DNA of 59,009 nucleotides, filler included, from Catajapyx aquilonaris (GCA_000934665.2; 2 parts of 2 records of this genome joined end to end with filler, not necessarily neighbours in it); one strand, 5' to 3'. Shown: positions 37,461 to 51,679, counted from the whole stretch's first letter. Notes: generated by a model from the sequence alone, not told the origin. A program made the numbers and translations.

Positions 37461-40400
37461 TATAAAAATGGAAAAATAAATGAATTTGTGAGTGCTACAC
37501 TTTCATAGACTAACACACCACTTTTACCTACTTTCCTAGGCCTGTATCCGCTGAAAATAGGTCTGTATCCGCCGGGAAAGAAAGTTAGGTCATGGGTTAT
37601 GTTGGTACAGCGTCCCCCCCCCCCCCCCTTCCAAATTCGGTCAGCCGATATGAAAGTACTTCATTTGCGAGAATGTCACTTGCCCATCTAGGAGGACCTT
37701 GTAGAATTGCCCCTTTCTAGGCTAAATGAAGGCGTATGGCTGACGCTTCCTTATTGTGGATGCTGCAATTACGGGCCCCCATATTCTATTAGCTACAAGC
37801 ACTGGAGGAAAAGGAGAATTTGGAGCTTTAGAGTTGGTATATAAAGACGGCAGGGGTGAAGTTGAGAGGTTTTAAAAAGAGAGTAATTCGTTTGAAGGAG
37901 ACTGGTAGGTGGGTGGCAGCTAGGGTGGGGGGACAAGAAAAAAAAGGAGAGCTATGAACCATTATTTTATTGGGCCGGGTTTATGAATGCCGGGGGGCAC
38001 CTTGCGCTGACACAAACGACGGGCGTTTGGCTCGACTCTTTTGAGTGGGGGAAGGCGGGGGTGGGGGTGGAATATGCTGGTTATTGTTTGCTTGCGGGGT
38101 GGCCGCGCCTTATTGAAAGCAAGGGAACATTTGCAGCTGCCATTGAGAAGTGGCGACGCCTTGGAATTGGGGAAGAAGTAGTGTTCCTGGGAGGAAGCCA
38201 AAAGCGGGCCCAGTTGTGTTCCAATTATTCTGCAATATTGACTTAAGCGTTCGTAGATGGATGACTCCATTGGGTGCCCGCTTTCCCATAAGGAAAATTC
38301 CATCGCGGCGGAATGGCTCTTTCATCATGCAGCTGAGTAATTCGGGCGCGAGTAATTTCTTGCTTCACTTGTCTGCCTACACGTAATTTGCACAAGAGCT
38401 CCCTCCCCACTTGAACCCCCCCCCCTCTCCCCATCACCACCTTCCTCTTTTCGTCGGGGGTGGAAACATGGGAGGCCGATGTATTGAGTCTGGACCCTTA
38501 TTGTCGCACGTGAGATTTAAGCACCGGTCACATAAATGAGTCATGATTGTTTTACTAGTGAATATATTGCAAACGGGACAAGGACATGTGGGCACCTCGT
38601 TTCAATTATTTCACCTTTTTTCACTTGCAATATTATAAAGGCAAAAGTGTGGTTCGGACGAGTCCAGGATAGGATTATGCTCATATCTTGCGAGATTTTA
38701 ATACATCCACTCTGCAGATTATGGGTGTTCGGGCTATTTCCGAAGTGTTTCTGATTATTATATCCATTGTTATTGAACGGTTACGATGCAAAACATTAAG
38801 ATTCCAGTCCACCTTCATTTTGGGAAAACCTCAAAAAACAGTTTACTGACGAAACGGCAAGTTTAATCGAAAAGGTCATTATTAGGCAATTGCAAGCCTA
38901 GGCAAGAGGTGTTCATTCCCAAAATATAGAACTTAAATGTTCATAACTATCATAAGTTAATTTAGTATAAATTTTTAATGTGCTGGAATCATAATGTTTT
39001 GCAACGGAATGTGTGGCAGATCTGAAAAACTTGCAAATAATGACACTTTCAGGGTCAAAAAATTTAATGCCGGATCAAAAATTAAGTACAAAATAATGCT
39101 TCACAACGTATCCTTTGGAGAGTTTTCATTCGTCCGTGTCACTGTCGCATGTGGTGGAAGTGGGGTACTACTGCATAATCTATGCGTATATGGGCCAACA
39201 CGGGCATAGTCCCCATTTGATACCCAGTGGATGGCTCTATCATACAAATACCTACTGAATGGCTAGCTCAGTTTCATTTCCCACATTTTTGGAATCTTAA
39301 TGTTTTGCATCGTAACCGTTCTATTGAATTGAATGTGATCTATTTTTGTATGCTTCGTGTTCCAGTTTGTGAGCATTTAACTTATATCACCTGCTATATC
39401 ACGGACTACTTCTTTTACAGGTAAATGACGTGGCTGTGAGGACGACGATGCAACATCCTTATAGTTTCTGTACAGGGTAAGGTAGAATAGACCAATACTT
39501 CCAAGCCGATAAAATTAATTGAACCAAATTAATAGATCCTATTCGTCATTTTTAAATGCTAATAACTGCTTTCTGAGTACAGTTATATCAAGTGAAAAAG
39601 TTCAAGTGAGATGCTCAGGTAGTCTACGTAAAATATTTACACCTTACACAATATGCATCCGACTTAAATAAAAAAAAATCGAGATAGTGTGCCTAAGTCT
39701 GATAACTGTGTCAAAGTCAGACGTTTGGAAGGATTAAAATGTGCGTAGGTAAATGCTGCTGAGTGCCTGAACTGTCTCAACTTGCATTGGCCCATGGAGA
39801 TGCACTGGATCGTTTAAACTTACTCCCGCTGCTGTGTACGTCACTGTTATTAGCATTTGTTTCGCTGTTAAAGCTCGCTTTTTAATTATCCCTAATTTCG
39901 CAACAAGGCTTATGAATAAATATAACCGGAAAAGGCCCATAGTCATCAAGTACATTAGGTTAGAACCTTCATTATTTCAGTTGGTATACTGTCATTGTGT
40001 GTCGCCTTGTCCCACTTTCCGTAATGACTTCTTATGCAATTACACATTACAGTTGGCCGTAGTTTTGAAAGTGACAATCTTATTTTGGAAGGAGAAAGTT
40101 ATAAGGTGTGACGTATAGTCCCCTTTTCTATATTTTTTGCACTCTGCGAGGCTGCTCATTAGCATGATGAAGTCCTCGATGTGGACAAACTAATGCGAAA
40201 AGTTTTCTCCCCGTGGCGCAAATTCCGGAGTAATAAGATGCGAAGGCGCGCGGTCATTAGCAGGTATCGAGCGATCCATTGATTGGTGTAAGTTGCTAGC
40301 GAGGAATTGAGACCAGACACAGAAAGGAGAGGGCGTGAAATGAGCGAAGGGACGGATTGCCTCCTCGTCTTTTGTTGAACTTTGGGCCAGTATTGTCGGG

Positions 40401-41426
40401 AGAGGGGCTCCCCGTTTGCATAGCTCCCCTTAATTGGGCCCTGTCTATTGGTAGCGAAGGGAGGGAGGGGACTGAAGACACTTTATAGGCGTATGTGAGT
40501 GCGACGGGGCGGTCATCGCACGGCCAAATGAGATTCCAGGAGACCATTTTGCGATCGGATGCATTGTCAAGAGGGTATCTGCAACAATGCAGTGTGATCC
40601 AATTCAAGATTCTGTAGTGGTTCACGATTTTATGGCACTACGCTGATTATTATTAAGCTGTTACTATAGAACTTGCCTGTTCGGAAATATTAGCTGCTAA
40701 TATTAGGTTGAAAGGTTTGTAGGCCAATGGGGAAGGAGGACATACCCGTAACAGCCACTTGTGGGAAGCTTCAAACTAGAGTTATTCTCTAAAAAGCCTT
40801 GAAATATACATGAAAGCATTCTCTAAAAATTACAAAAAATATATAATGATGCCTCCTGCATTGTTGCAAAAGTGATATTTATGAAGGCTCGATAAACTCC
40901 TGACGTCAACAAATATGATTCTCTCGATGAAACTGCTGGATAATAATATTCTTTTTTTGCAGTCAACCACGTCATAAGAATTTGTCAAGTGGCAAGTGAG
41001 ATCTAAGAATAGTTCAGGGCATTTGGCTACCATGATTTTGAAAGTTAGAAATAATTTTAAGCAGCAGAGTATTGCTTCAAGTGCACTGCAATTCATTTTT
41101 GATTTGGAAGGAGAAATAAATTTCTGAGAATTTTTCCTCTTGCGTTCATTTCAGAACCTGACAGGTGGTTTTTGTGTAAAGACAATATTTTCGTAAATAA
41201 ACTACCTCTAAAATACTATCAATCAATTTGGACCTTCACTACTAAGCCTTCATTTAGGCCCATACTAAACAAGCATCCACTGTTTTCTGGTATCTTAAAG
41301 TAATCATAGTTGAAAATTAATTCCGCCAAGGAAATTCTGCAAGAACCCTTCCCAGTCCTCATTCCTACTAACGTAACTTAGGCCTCTTCTGAACCTGAAC
41401 ATCATCTTCCCATTTCAAGTCTCTTT

Positions 41427-42203
41427 CTACTCTTCGAGTGCACTGCTGTTGTCGTTGCATTCGATGTCCGGCACTTGTTTGTCATCATGATCTGCAATAA
41501 TTTTAAGGCTGTCATAAAAGCCTTTGTTCCTTCTGTTACGCAAGTAAGGACACAAGTTGAGACAGTCCCTTAACTTCAGAGGATTTATTGGTAAGTTATG
41601 GGAGATGAATACGCAGGTTATATGGACAGCTCCGAAGCCATTTCTTAGTGTTCCTCAGTTTTACACTGCGATAAGCTCCCGAGTAAAGTCTCGAACACAC
41701 ACTTCTTGGTTAGGCCTACTACCACATGACATTATAACTTTGAACATCCGTACCTGTTTCAGGTGTAGAGTATGGTTAGCTGTCTTCTTGTAGTATGGTG
41801 AAAACATAAATCACTCCCTGGTCCACATTGACTACCTCAAACGAAGAAGGGCGAATTCTTGCTCCTCTGATTAAGTCATCCCATTCAGCTGGAACATCCA
41901 CGAATGCAACCAAAATCTGTATCAGTGGGCAGGTATGAATGCCCACGAATCGGAAAAAAAACATGATTAACATCTTTTGTCATATGCAGCAGGTGAACCA
42001 ATGCATGCAGAAACCTCACCATCAGGAAATGTTTATTTTGAGCAAGGTGCAGCCATTATTGACGCACAATCATCCTGTGGAACCTTCCTTTGGCGCTTAC
42101 GTGCCGTTGCCGGCGTTGCGTGTGACCCAGAAGCATCTTCGTTCATGGTTTCACTTGCATCAATGCTTCTAGCACCAACCACGTCCATGGGAGCGGCAGC
42201 CAT
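41427..42203 (-). pseudogene. Degraded, internally deleted Sola1-type DNA transposase
   Basis: Minus-strand frames give NGCT/AQNKHFLMVRFLHALVH...HVFFPIRGHSYLPTDTDFGCI (the DxCxGQNKN and GHSxLPxDxDF motifs), then VPAEWDDLIRGARIRPSSFEVVNV, then LPINPLKLRDCLNLCPYL...FYDSL...* (stop 41427-41429). An ATG in CAACATGG context at 42203 starts MAAAPMD...ARKRQRK. Frameshifts present; element termini not identified. Confidence 0.8.
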
Positions 42204-43185
42204 GTTGAATTTGGCATTTTCTGTAAAACCAACCGATGTCAGTGACATCGGCTGTTTGTCTGGAAAACCGCACTTGTCATCGGTTGTTTTTGCGTAACCT
42301 GTATTTTTTGCACGAGTTTTTCTCCCTTTGACATCGGTTATTCTTGGGCGCGATTTTAACAAAACGTAGAACAGACCTGCAGATATCCGAATTTGTATTT
42401 ATTTCATTTTGACCATTTTTTGACAGGTTGTTTTTCAAACAAACAAAAAAAAACCTTCATATTGAAAAAGAACTATATATATTATTAGTTCAAATTAGGT
42501 GTATATACTGTATACCATCAAGAATATCTCAGGAAAGGAAGAATCACAGCCCCCACACTATTGCGTAGGTCTATTATTAAGGCTTTTCAGAATATAGCGA
42601 AACTATACTTATGTTGGCGGTGTGGCCTTTTCATTAGTCCCTCTACAAATATGCACTCTATGTATAGTATTTGCAGTGTTTTATTGACTAACCCGGAATA
42701 TATTTACTTAATCAGCTTAATCAGTTCGCAGTTCCACTGCGTATTGGAATTTAAATCTTGCGTATATGTATATACACACAAAATGACGACACTTTCTGCA
42801 CAGAACTACAAGTAGATGTCATGTGACACACAAACACGTGCCAGGCAATTTCGTCAACGCGTTTTGTATGTCAAATGATACAGGGCTGTGAGTCATTCGT
42901 ATGATACCTTGGATATCCTAATTCTGCTCTGTGCAATGACACGCCAAAACGAGTCAGGTGACACACATGTGGAAGGATGACACATAGAATGCAGTATACT
43001 GTATGTATGCCTTAGGGCACACATGTGTAGTTTTCTGCGGATATGTGTTATTCAACTTGCATTTTCGTGTCTTATTTTAGATGACACGTTTTACAGCACA
43101 TATTTTGTTGTGTTGAAACGTTTTATGTCCAGTGACACTTGAACTTTTGAAAACGGAGGTCATGCCATAAGTTAATAACTTATTA

Positions 43186-43762
43186 CGAGGACCGCATTAA
43201 AATTATTTGGACTTTATTTATTTTTTGCCACAAATGCAGGGCCCTTGTAGGTTGGCAGATAGGCACACATTATCAATAGAATCTTCTTGGAGCCGAATGC
43301 ACTGGCATCGTGGGTGTGTCAACCTCTCTAGGCCCTCCAGGAACCATGTTTTGGAGGTGCGGCACACCCACTGCTGGACAACTGCTTACAATCAACAATG
43401 TCCTCAAAATGGCACCGGAAAAGGGTTATTTTCTTTCATAGATCTGAACAGGTGAAAGTCACCTGGGTCCAATTTGGGGGAGTACGGCGGGTGTGTAAGC
43501 ACCCAAATCTGGATTAATGAAAACATCTCTTCGCCGATGCCATTTCAAGGACATTGTTGACAGTTGTTGACTGTAAGCAGTTGTACGGCAGTGGGTGTGT
43601 CCTCCAAAACATGGTTCCTGGAGGGCCTGGAGAGGTTGACACACCACTGCTGCCAGTGCATTCGGCTCCAGGAAGATTCTATTGATAATAATGTGTGACT
43701 ATCTGCCAACCTGCAAGTATCTGTGGCAAAAAAAAGTGCAAATAATTTTAATACAGCCCTCG
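43186..43762. mobile_element. Mariner-ended foldback MITE with about 260-bp diverged arms
   Basis: TA|CGAGG...ATTAAAATTATTTG at left and CAAATAATTTTAATACAGCCCTCG|TA at right; arms align along their length (e.g. ggagccgaatgcactggca, ggccctccaggaaccatgttttggagg). Confidence 0.85.
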
Positions 43763-44324
43763 TAGAAATGTAATATTGCCACGTGGGTTATCGAATTGAA
43801 AGCGAATGGAAAAAAAGTTCTCTTTGGTTGCGCAATGGTGGAGCCAAAAGCATTGCCACCAAGATTAACTTAATTATGTTTGGACAGTCCAAACTTGCTT
43901 ACACTGCGTCAAAGGCCTGTTCACAGGCTTGCGGGTGGGCCAAAGGTGGCCTCACTTGGCAGTCACCGTGTCTATCAACACTTGTTTGAATAATTCACAC
44001 ACTAGCGAGACCCGTCTATTTACTTTCTCGCGGGTTGTGAACTGACCTTAAAATAATAAGGTCACAGTTGAATGTCCGTGTGACATTTTACTCCCATGAA
44101 ATGCATGTATGCACAAGCTCTGCGGGGGTATCATTGCGATAGATCATGCAAACACTTCTATCGGCCAAATATTTCTTCTTTCTTTCATATATTCTGTGAA
44201 TGCCACTATAGTTGGGACGCATCCTTAACTTGACACACACGAGGCACATGCCGCGGTAGTGACATTCAGTTTGTATGACATTACATCCTTTGGGCAGATG
44301 GCCTTGTTGTACTTTTTAACTGAT

Positions 44325-44488
44325 ACGTACTATCGGGTTCAAATACTTTTGGCCACTCTATCCTGGTCTTGAAGCAACCCTTCACACAGACCACATGTTA
44401 AGGCCAGATGTGTGTGTGTGTGTGTGTGTGAAGGGTTGCTTCAAGACCAGGATAAAGTGGCCAGAAGTATTTGTACCCGATAGTACGT
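44325..44488. repeat. Inverted repeat, about 60-bp arms, (TG)n in the loop
   Basis: acgtactatcgggttcaaatacttttggccactctatcctggtcttgaagcaacccttcacaca pairs with the sequence ending gaagggttgcttcaagaccaggataaagtggccagaagtatttgtacccgatagtacgt. Confidence 0.9.
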
Positions 44489-45295
44489 CAAACGGGATCA
44501 ACTTGGTCCAAAATTTCAGTTTTATGAAGATATAAGTATGAAAATATTAACCCACAACTGTGAAATTTTTTAATTGGGCGTTGGACAATGCTGGCCAATA
44601 AGGCGAGTATAAAAATATTTTTCCAAGCACAACAATACAAATTATGACCTCATGGCCAAGTCCACCCCACTGCACTGGTTGGGGTAGAGTTAGCCATCTA
44701 ATTTTTCCATTATAAATGCACAGCTCTGGGCAGGAAAATATTGGATAGGATTGACCTGGCCATTGCCATCCACATGGGACAACTTCGCCACTCCTTCTCA
44801 TATGGGCTACCCATAGGGGAGGGACCAAACCTTACCAGAAGCATAAAATCTTTGAAATGTGAACTTGGCCACTCGAAGGGAACTCGGAGGTGCACTTGGC
44901 CACCTGTTTTTAAACCAAAGAAATTGTGAATTTGATGGTAGATAAGTGGTCCTGGATATTACAAGTTATAGGCTATTTATTCTGCAGTAGCAGAGGAGCC
45001 TGTTTTTCGCATTGCCTGTTTCCATGGCAATGTAATCAACAACAATCAATCATTGTTGATGCAGTGGAAACCTGTTGCCATAATAACCCATTGTAGAATT
45101 ATAAGTAAAAAATATATATTGATTCACTTGCGGCACTTACTTTTATGTTTTATCCACCCTACAGGACTACATGGTCACATCTACTGGAGCAAGAAACCTG
45201 ACCCGATAATCTGTGTTATTGTCCCAAATCATAACAGGGGTAGATATGACTCAGCATATCATCTCCTCATGTCCAAGAAACATCATACACATATA

Positions 45296-45840
45296 CAGTA
45301 AAACCTGTCTATGTTGGGCAGTGACGGTTCCAACGAAATTGTCCAACATAGGGAGGTGTCCAACATATCAGGATTTCTATCGGGTTTCATAGTGCAGCAC
45401 AGTAATGTACGAGTAAGTACTGTACAGTAACCATCCAGTAATCAACTTTCATTGCACTTTTTTCTTATTTTCGGTACAGTACAGCACAGTGTACATGAAA
45501 TTTCTGAAACGGGACTAGTTTTTGGTTTATATATCGGTATGTAATGTGACTCTTGAATAAGAGAAATTTCGTTTTTTGGGGGGGACATCAAAAACATGCC
45601 GTCAATACGTAATAAGAGTGGCATGCCAAAGCATAAAGTTCTAACTTTTAAATGCACCCAAGGGCATCCCGATGAGGTGGTTTATCGTACTAACCAGGTT
45701 TTATGGTGTATTCATCTTCTGAAGATTTACTTTGTGTATCCTGCAACACCTTCGTCAGCACCTCATCTGCATTGCCACCCTATTCATCCTCCGTTGTCAG
45801 GATGCTGTTGTCATACAGTTATCAATGTCACTTGAAAAAA
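45296..45840 (-). mobile_element. Possible pogo/Tigger-like remnant: one TIR plus an acidic C-terminal fragment
   Basis: TA|CAGTAAAACCTGTCTATGTTGG...gtccaacatagggaggtgtccaacata resembles pogo-type TIRs; the minus strand near 45710-45830 gives DIDNCMTT and DEVLTKVLQDTQSKSSEDE. No partner TIR seen. Confidence 0.35.
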
Positions 45841-47083
45841 AATTGACAAGACACTTGATTATCAATTTCTTGATTTGCAAAATAAAGTTTGCACACTATG
45901 AAAATTGGGTGGTTTCATGGGGTGGCCTTTAACATTTATTTCCCTGCTCATCTATGTCGGCACAGGTGAATCTTTTTGGTCTGCAGCATGCTAAGCGCTG
46001 CCGTAATGGCATGACGTGATTGAAAGCCTAATTTTTATGACACGTGTTACCTGAAACATTAATTAATGACGTTTTTGGAATTGTCGCCAAGCTCACCCGG
46101 CCGGCCAACGTCACCCCATTTGACGGCACATACATTATTAATATGTAATCGGATTAGCTGTAGCCTGTAGGCCTAAGTTTTTGTTTTTGTCAGTCCCACT
46201 CTTGCGTATACTTCCGTGGCCAAAGAGAAACTTCTCTACGAAAATGTATGCAGGGTGTCTAGTAATTCCGTATAATGGCAGTGGGGTCCTCTATCTGTTC
46301 CAAGACCAAAGTGCTCTGCATCATATTTGGCTGGGGTGAATTATAAGGAATATCCTGTTTTCTAATACACTCAGCCACCGCTCGTGAGAGTCGAGTTGTC
46401 TGTCCAATGGAATATTATCTCTCATTCTCATGGGGACGTCACCAAACCAAGTGTCTCCGGACGTCATAACGACGCCTCCCAGCAGTCAAAAATGATGTAG
46501 AGTACTGTAATTTGGTTTTAGAATAGGTTCAGGCTACGCTCTGCGTCAACCCATTATGCGGGGGTTACCTTCTTTCCTCTGTACATCTGAAGTTATTCTC
46601 ACTGGACTTTTTTGCTCGATACATGATACTAGATGGTGCAGCATTGAAGAAGTGTTCCTTACCGAAATCCTGCTTAGTTAGCTATTTTCTAATAAGGAAA
46701 AGTGGGCTGGAAAGGTAGAATTTTGGTACGGGATAGTTCGAAATTGCAATGTGCCAGTGTAGTGAAATCCAGGCCAATTTTAATGCCATCACTACGCACC
46801 ACCATCAGGAGTCATGAAAATCTTAATGCACCCATCTGATTGCATTTTCGAAAGGCGCAGCCCTGCAATATCTGCCAATTAAACCGTTTAATTATGGGAG
46901 CCACAATGTTTCCATGGCCGTAATCATCAGTGGATCCACTATTTAGCACGACTTACCGATGTTATAACCGGAGTTTCGTAACCTAATCCATTCTCACCAT
47001 TAGCGCAGTCCCATAAGTTCTCCCCACTTGCACGCCAATCCCACCTAGCACATACAGTATTACACGCCGGGGCGCCGGATTTA

Positions 47084-47087
<4 letters not shown>

Positions 47088-47152
<65 letters not shown>

Positions 47153-47182
47153 CGACGACGACGACGACTATGATGATGATGA
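47088..47182. repeat. Compound microsatellite (AAT)n(GAC)n(GAT)n
   Basis: About 21 AAT units, then GAC and GAT units. Confidence 0.95.
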
Positions 47183-50100
47183 AAGCCCCCCTTTTACACG
47201 TGGTTATGCATGGAAGTAAGCTTGTAAATAATGCTATTATGATGCTCCTGGTAGCTTTATAGCCATATTTCTCCAGCGTTTCCTCCCCGCAACTGGAAAC
47301 GGGAAGGGGGAGATATAGTGGGGGACGCATGTAAGTCCCCGGATGAAAAGGGTCAGCTAGGTCAGCGACAAAGGTGAGCTCGAGCTGGCAGCATTGTAGC
47401 CTCTAAATCCTCCCTCTCCGCAACTATGGAGTAGTTTGTGGGTGCAATTACTGCCAGCAGTTGCTGCTAGTGTGTTTTGCGAAGTTGGTGCTGACGGTAT
47501 AGTAAGGGGGTTGAGGTGGTGGGGATGAGGGAGGGCGCAGGAATTTCACCCACGTCTGCATGAACGTGTAGGACTAATGTGTAGCTAACGTTGTCTACTC
47601 GGGACCTATTAAGATTAATGCACTTTGCAGCAGCTTTTAAAGAGTCGAGGTTCATGAAGTAGGGTTTGTAAGCGTTTGCGTTCAATTGTGTGTATGAAGA
47701 GTTCGTGTGCTGTACCAAAAAACGTCTTCAAGTTGGATGCTCAGAAATTGGGGAGAAATATATCAGACATTTTGTAATGTATACGTTTTGATTGATGGCT
47801 ATCTACATGACTGAAGCGAACGAGTTTATTAGTTACTGCCAATCGAATGGTAGGGTTGTTGTTGTTGCTTATTAGAGAACTGTCTAAAAGTTGTCAACCT
47901 GGAAAGAAACACGAGTGAGCATGGCGAATGTGCTACGCCAGGACCCCTGTCCACATGTATATTAGAGATAAGTTGTTAATAGATTGAATAATATTTTCTC
48001 GTATAGCCTGTGCAGAGTTTTGTGTGTTTACAATGACAACATTGCGGTTAGTAAACCGCAGTAAAAATGGTGTGCAGCGTAATAGGTGTCAACCGCTTTT
48101 ACAGAGGAATTTCCATCAGGTTTGTTCCGGTGTGCAAGTACCATTTTTGTTCGGTCTCGACCACATGAAACACATCGACAGAGTGATGATTTTGTAAATA
48201 TATTTTACAAAGTGACTCTTCCGACTCCAGCTATTAAAAGCACGCAGTTGCATAAGCATTTAATTGCACATTTCGATTGTATTGATGTAAACCAACAGAA
48301 TTTCCGGGCCATTTGCGTTTTTCCGCTGCCGTTTCCACAATTGGATCACGTGATCGCACGAACGATTTGAGGTAGTTATCACTGTTCACCGCAATTCCCT
48401 ACAAAATTGCAGGGGTGCCACCTCCAAAATGCTGCTGCAGTTTGGCACCATCCGAAATCTAGACTACAGGACAAATTAAATCCGCGCGTTACTGTGCAAG
48501 CTGCTTCTGTTCTGGTGAAACTCTTGAGACAGTCACTTTGTTCCTTTGCACCTGCTGAATACCCAAGCGAAGCTGAAGGCATTTGGGACTAGTCTAATGT
48601 GTGACTCTGTGCTGCTGGATCAATGCCGCATCTGCAGTTATTTTGTGAGAGCAAAGTAGCTGGAGGCATAATGTGCTGCTTACTGTGATTACGTCTCGCA
48701 GCAAATTCTGTATACTCAGATCTAGAGCGTAGTGAACAGCTCTATGCAACGTTTTGCACCTTACTCAGACAGTAGAGTACCTACCGGAGTGAGTGAGAAA
48801 ACCCAAGAGGGGCGTCTAACACTAAGAGATGTTTAGCAAGAAGATGTGGGGCATTTGCCTATGATTGCCATCATCTGCATCGTGAGGACGTATACCTTGG
48901 TCGGCTGGGCCAGCTCAATAGTGTGCCTATATGTATAGGTCTGCGGGTGCCCGTACTGGTCGTCCTAATATATTTGCTCAGGCGGTTTAAATGAGTGACT
49001 GAGTCGTTAGGCCCCACAAAAGCAAGTTGAACGAGACATTTGGCCGGCTGCGTCAACCCTGCGCGTCATTTCTAATCGCCTTTCCCGCCAAAATGTCAGA
49101 GTGGCTTAGCACTGCCAGGGATGTCGCCTCTGGTGTCCAGTTAGATACATTCGGGGACACCCAAGCCAACTTTTGCCAGGTCGGGCCCATAGCGATTCGG
49201 CCAAAATCCGGAGGATCGTGTGTTGTTGAGAGATCCGGAGGCAATATTGACACGGCGGAGTTAAATGGCGCCGGTTGATCCGCTACAGGAAGCGATTGTG
49301 TCGTCAGCGCGGGAAGGATTAACCGGGGGGTGGGTTTGGACTGCCTCCAAAGTGATATACTGCGCATGAGAATTTTTGGGGGGAGGCTTGTGGCAATAAT
49401 TTAGTGCAAAGAGTGGGGGATGGTGGTGATGGGGAGAGGGGGGAGATGTGGGTTGGCAGCTGACATGGAGAGTGCGGGCTCCATTAGCCGTGACTGCTCT
49501 NATGGACCCCCCCCCCCCACACACACACATATGCATCCCCCGAAAATAATAATGTGTACGGGTTTGAATCCGGGCACATTCGGACTCATTATTTGAGTTT
49601 TGTCACACTGAAAACTCGAACCATCTTGCAGTGTGGTTTTTTGGCGAAGTGGAAATATGAGTCGAGGAGCTGGGAGACTGACAACCTGTTTATTTAGCGT
49701 CTAGCCCTTATATACAGATGGACAGGTGTGGATCCATCTTGGCCTCGCAGCAGCGCCAGATTGTCTGGACGAGCCGGACCTGGTCTGGTGGTCTGCGTCT
49801 GAATAGAGTGCAGCCATGGATCATGTAGAAACCTATCCTAAAGGCTCATGATGTATCAGTGTAGGCTATCAGGGGCCTCTCGTGCAGGAGTTGGTTAAAA
49901 TACTAGTTACTTTCTAAGTTACAGATGTAGCTTTTTTTTCGTTTAACGAATAGACTGCGCATAATTCTTGCCGGTTGTCCCCACTGTGGACAGTCATGTT
50001 GAGCTATGACTTTGTCATTGTTCCATGGGTGCTTCGGATTAGGATCTGGTTAGTTGGAAACTAGCTTTAACTGCAACCTGCCCATCCCTCGTCGCGCTTA

Positions 50101-51679
50101 ATTTTCTACAGGCATCGGCTGCACCCATTTTGTTTGGTTCTTTTTTGTACCACATGTCTACAAGAACCTCCATAAATGGCGAATCTTAGGAGAACTTCAC
50201 CTGAATCACGGCATTAACTGCGAAAACTTGCGCATGCAGCAAATGAAAGCAAAGTTTTTTGAAAATCCATTTCTCAGAGGGAAGGAGGGATTTTTTTTAC
50301 ATGCCTAAAAGTCAGTCTTTTCCGAGTTAATTAGGCGGAGGAATATGATTGAGAAAGCAATGAGGCAATTTGTATGCGCGGAGGGAAGTCCGGGGCACTT
50401 GATCCAATAAAAAAGAGCAAGAACTCAGGAGAGGGTGGGTGGGGGGACTGCTTCGGTGCTTGCTTTGATTAAGATTTAGCCTAGTAGGAACACGCTGTTC
50501 CTTTACTACGCAAAATTTATTTCAGGTAGAGGCGCGGACGTTGAGGGATTTTTTTCTTCGCGTTTTCCCCCCCGAACCTAGGTGGTTGCGAAGCGCTCGT
50601 GTTTCCAGCCCACCGCTTTTCCATCAACCTGGTCACGAATGTTTGTTGGACATGCACTCTTGAAAAAGTTGGGGAGAGGTGGGGTGGGGGGGGTNNGATT
50701 ATTGTGGAAGTATTAGTGCGGTACTAGTTAAGTACACTATTAATTATATTAGGGGTTCATGCATGTTTCGACAATAAAATGCTAACGTGAGAAATATGGA
50801 GCTGCTGGTGTTGTTGTGTGCCAGGAAGTGCTTTCGGAAGAAACGACTTGATTGCATTTCGAATTAGAATTGGATTTAATATTCGGAGGCTTTTGCATGA
50901 TATTCAGTGTTAGATGAAATCGTTTCAGGAAAGTGTGATGTACAATTGTGTGTAAAGAGGTTCGGGCGGAATGGCACTTAATTGAGCACTATTTTCACGC
51001 GCTGATGCGACCAGTGATAGCTCAGGTCTAGTCTCGGATATACAATATTAATAGTAACTTCTTAACCTAATAATACATGGAATCGTAAGGATCTCCGCCT
51101 CCACCACATTTCCAGATTATTCCCAAGAAATAAAGCCTCCCTTTTGTGATTCTGCATTACAAATTGCCAGAAATTCTTACAGGATTATGTCATATTAAAT
51201 TTAGTGAGGAAGTCGATCCAAGCTAAGAGCATTAGATTATACAGTTTTTGACAGAGGGGATGTAGTGTGGACAGGATGGAAATCCAGGGAGAATCCGTGA
51301 AATTGAGAATTCTCCCGGACTGCACGGAATCAATTCATAATTAACTTAACCCTGTGACGGCGGAGTTTTTTTGGCCGTTTTTTTCTTTTCTTGATGAAAA
51401 TTTGTAGTAGGAGTAATATTAATGAAAAACGATATGCTCCAATATTTATCATTTCAACTCGTGGTGGTCCTTTTGAATGTAAAATGCCGAAAATATTCTT
51501 CTGGGGATGTTCCAGAAAAAGATTTAAAGTGCAATGAACTTTAAATGTAATTAATTTCATTTAAAATTTTAACGTCGCTATAAAATTGTTACTATGGTTA
51601 CAAAAAAATACTAACACACTGCACTATGAGAAATTCCTAAGAGTCCAGACCAGCCCCCGGACACTTATACTACATTCTG

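Noticed and set aside
39421..39476. Next coding exon of CARP
   Set aside because: Translation VNDVAVRTTMQHPYSFCT does not resemble the expected IGETPNPELR-type segment; kept only as a cryptic-exon candidate.
40830..41096. 88-aa ORF as a transposon accessory gene
   Set aside because: Only a vague resemblance; it lies just downstream of the Sola1 stop with no supporting motif.
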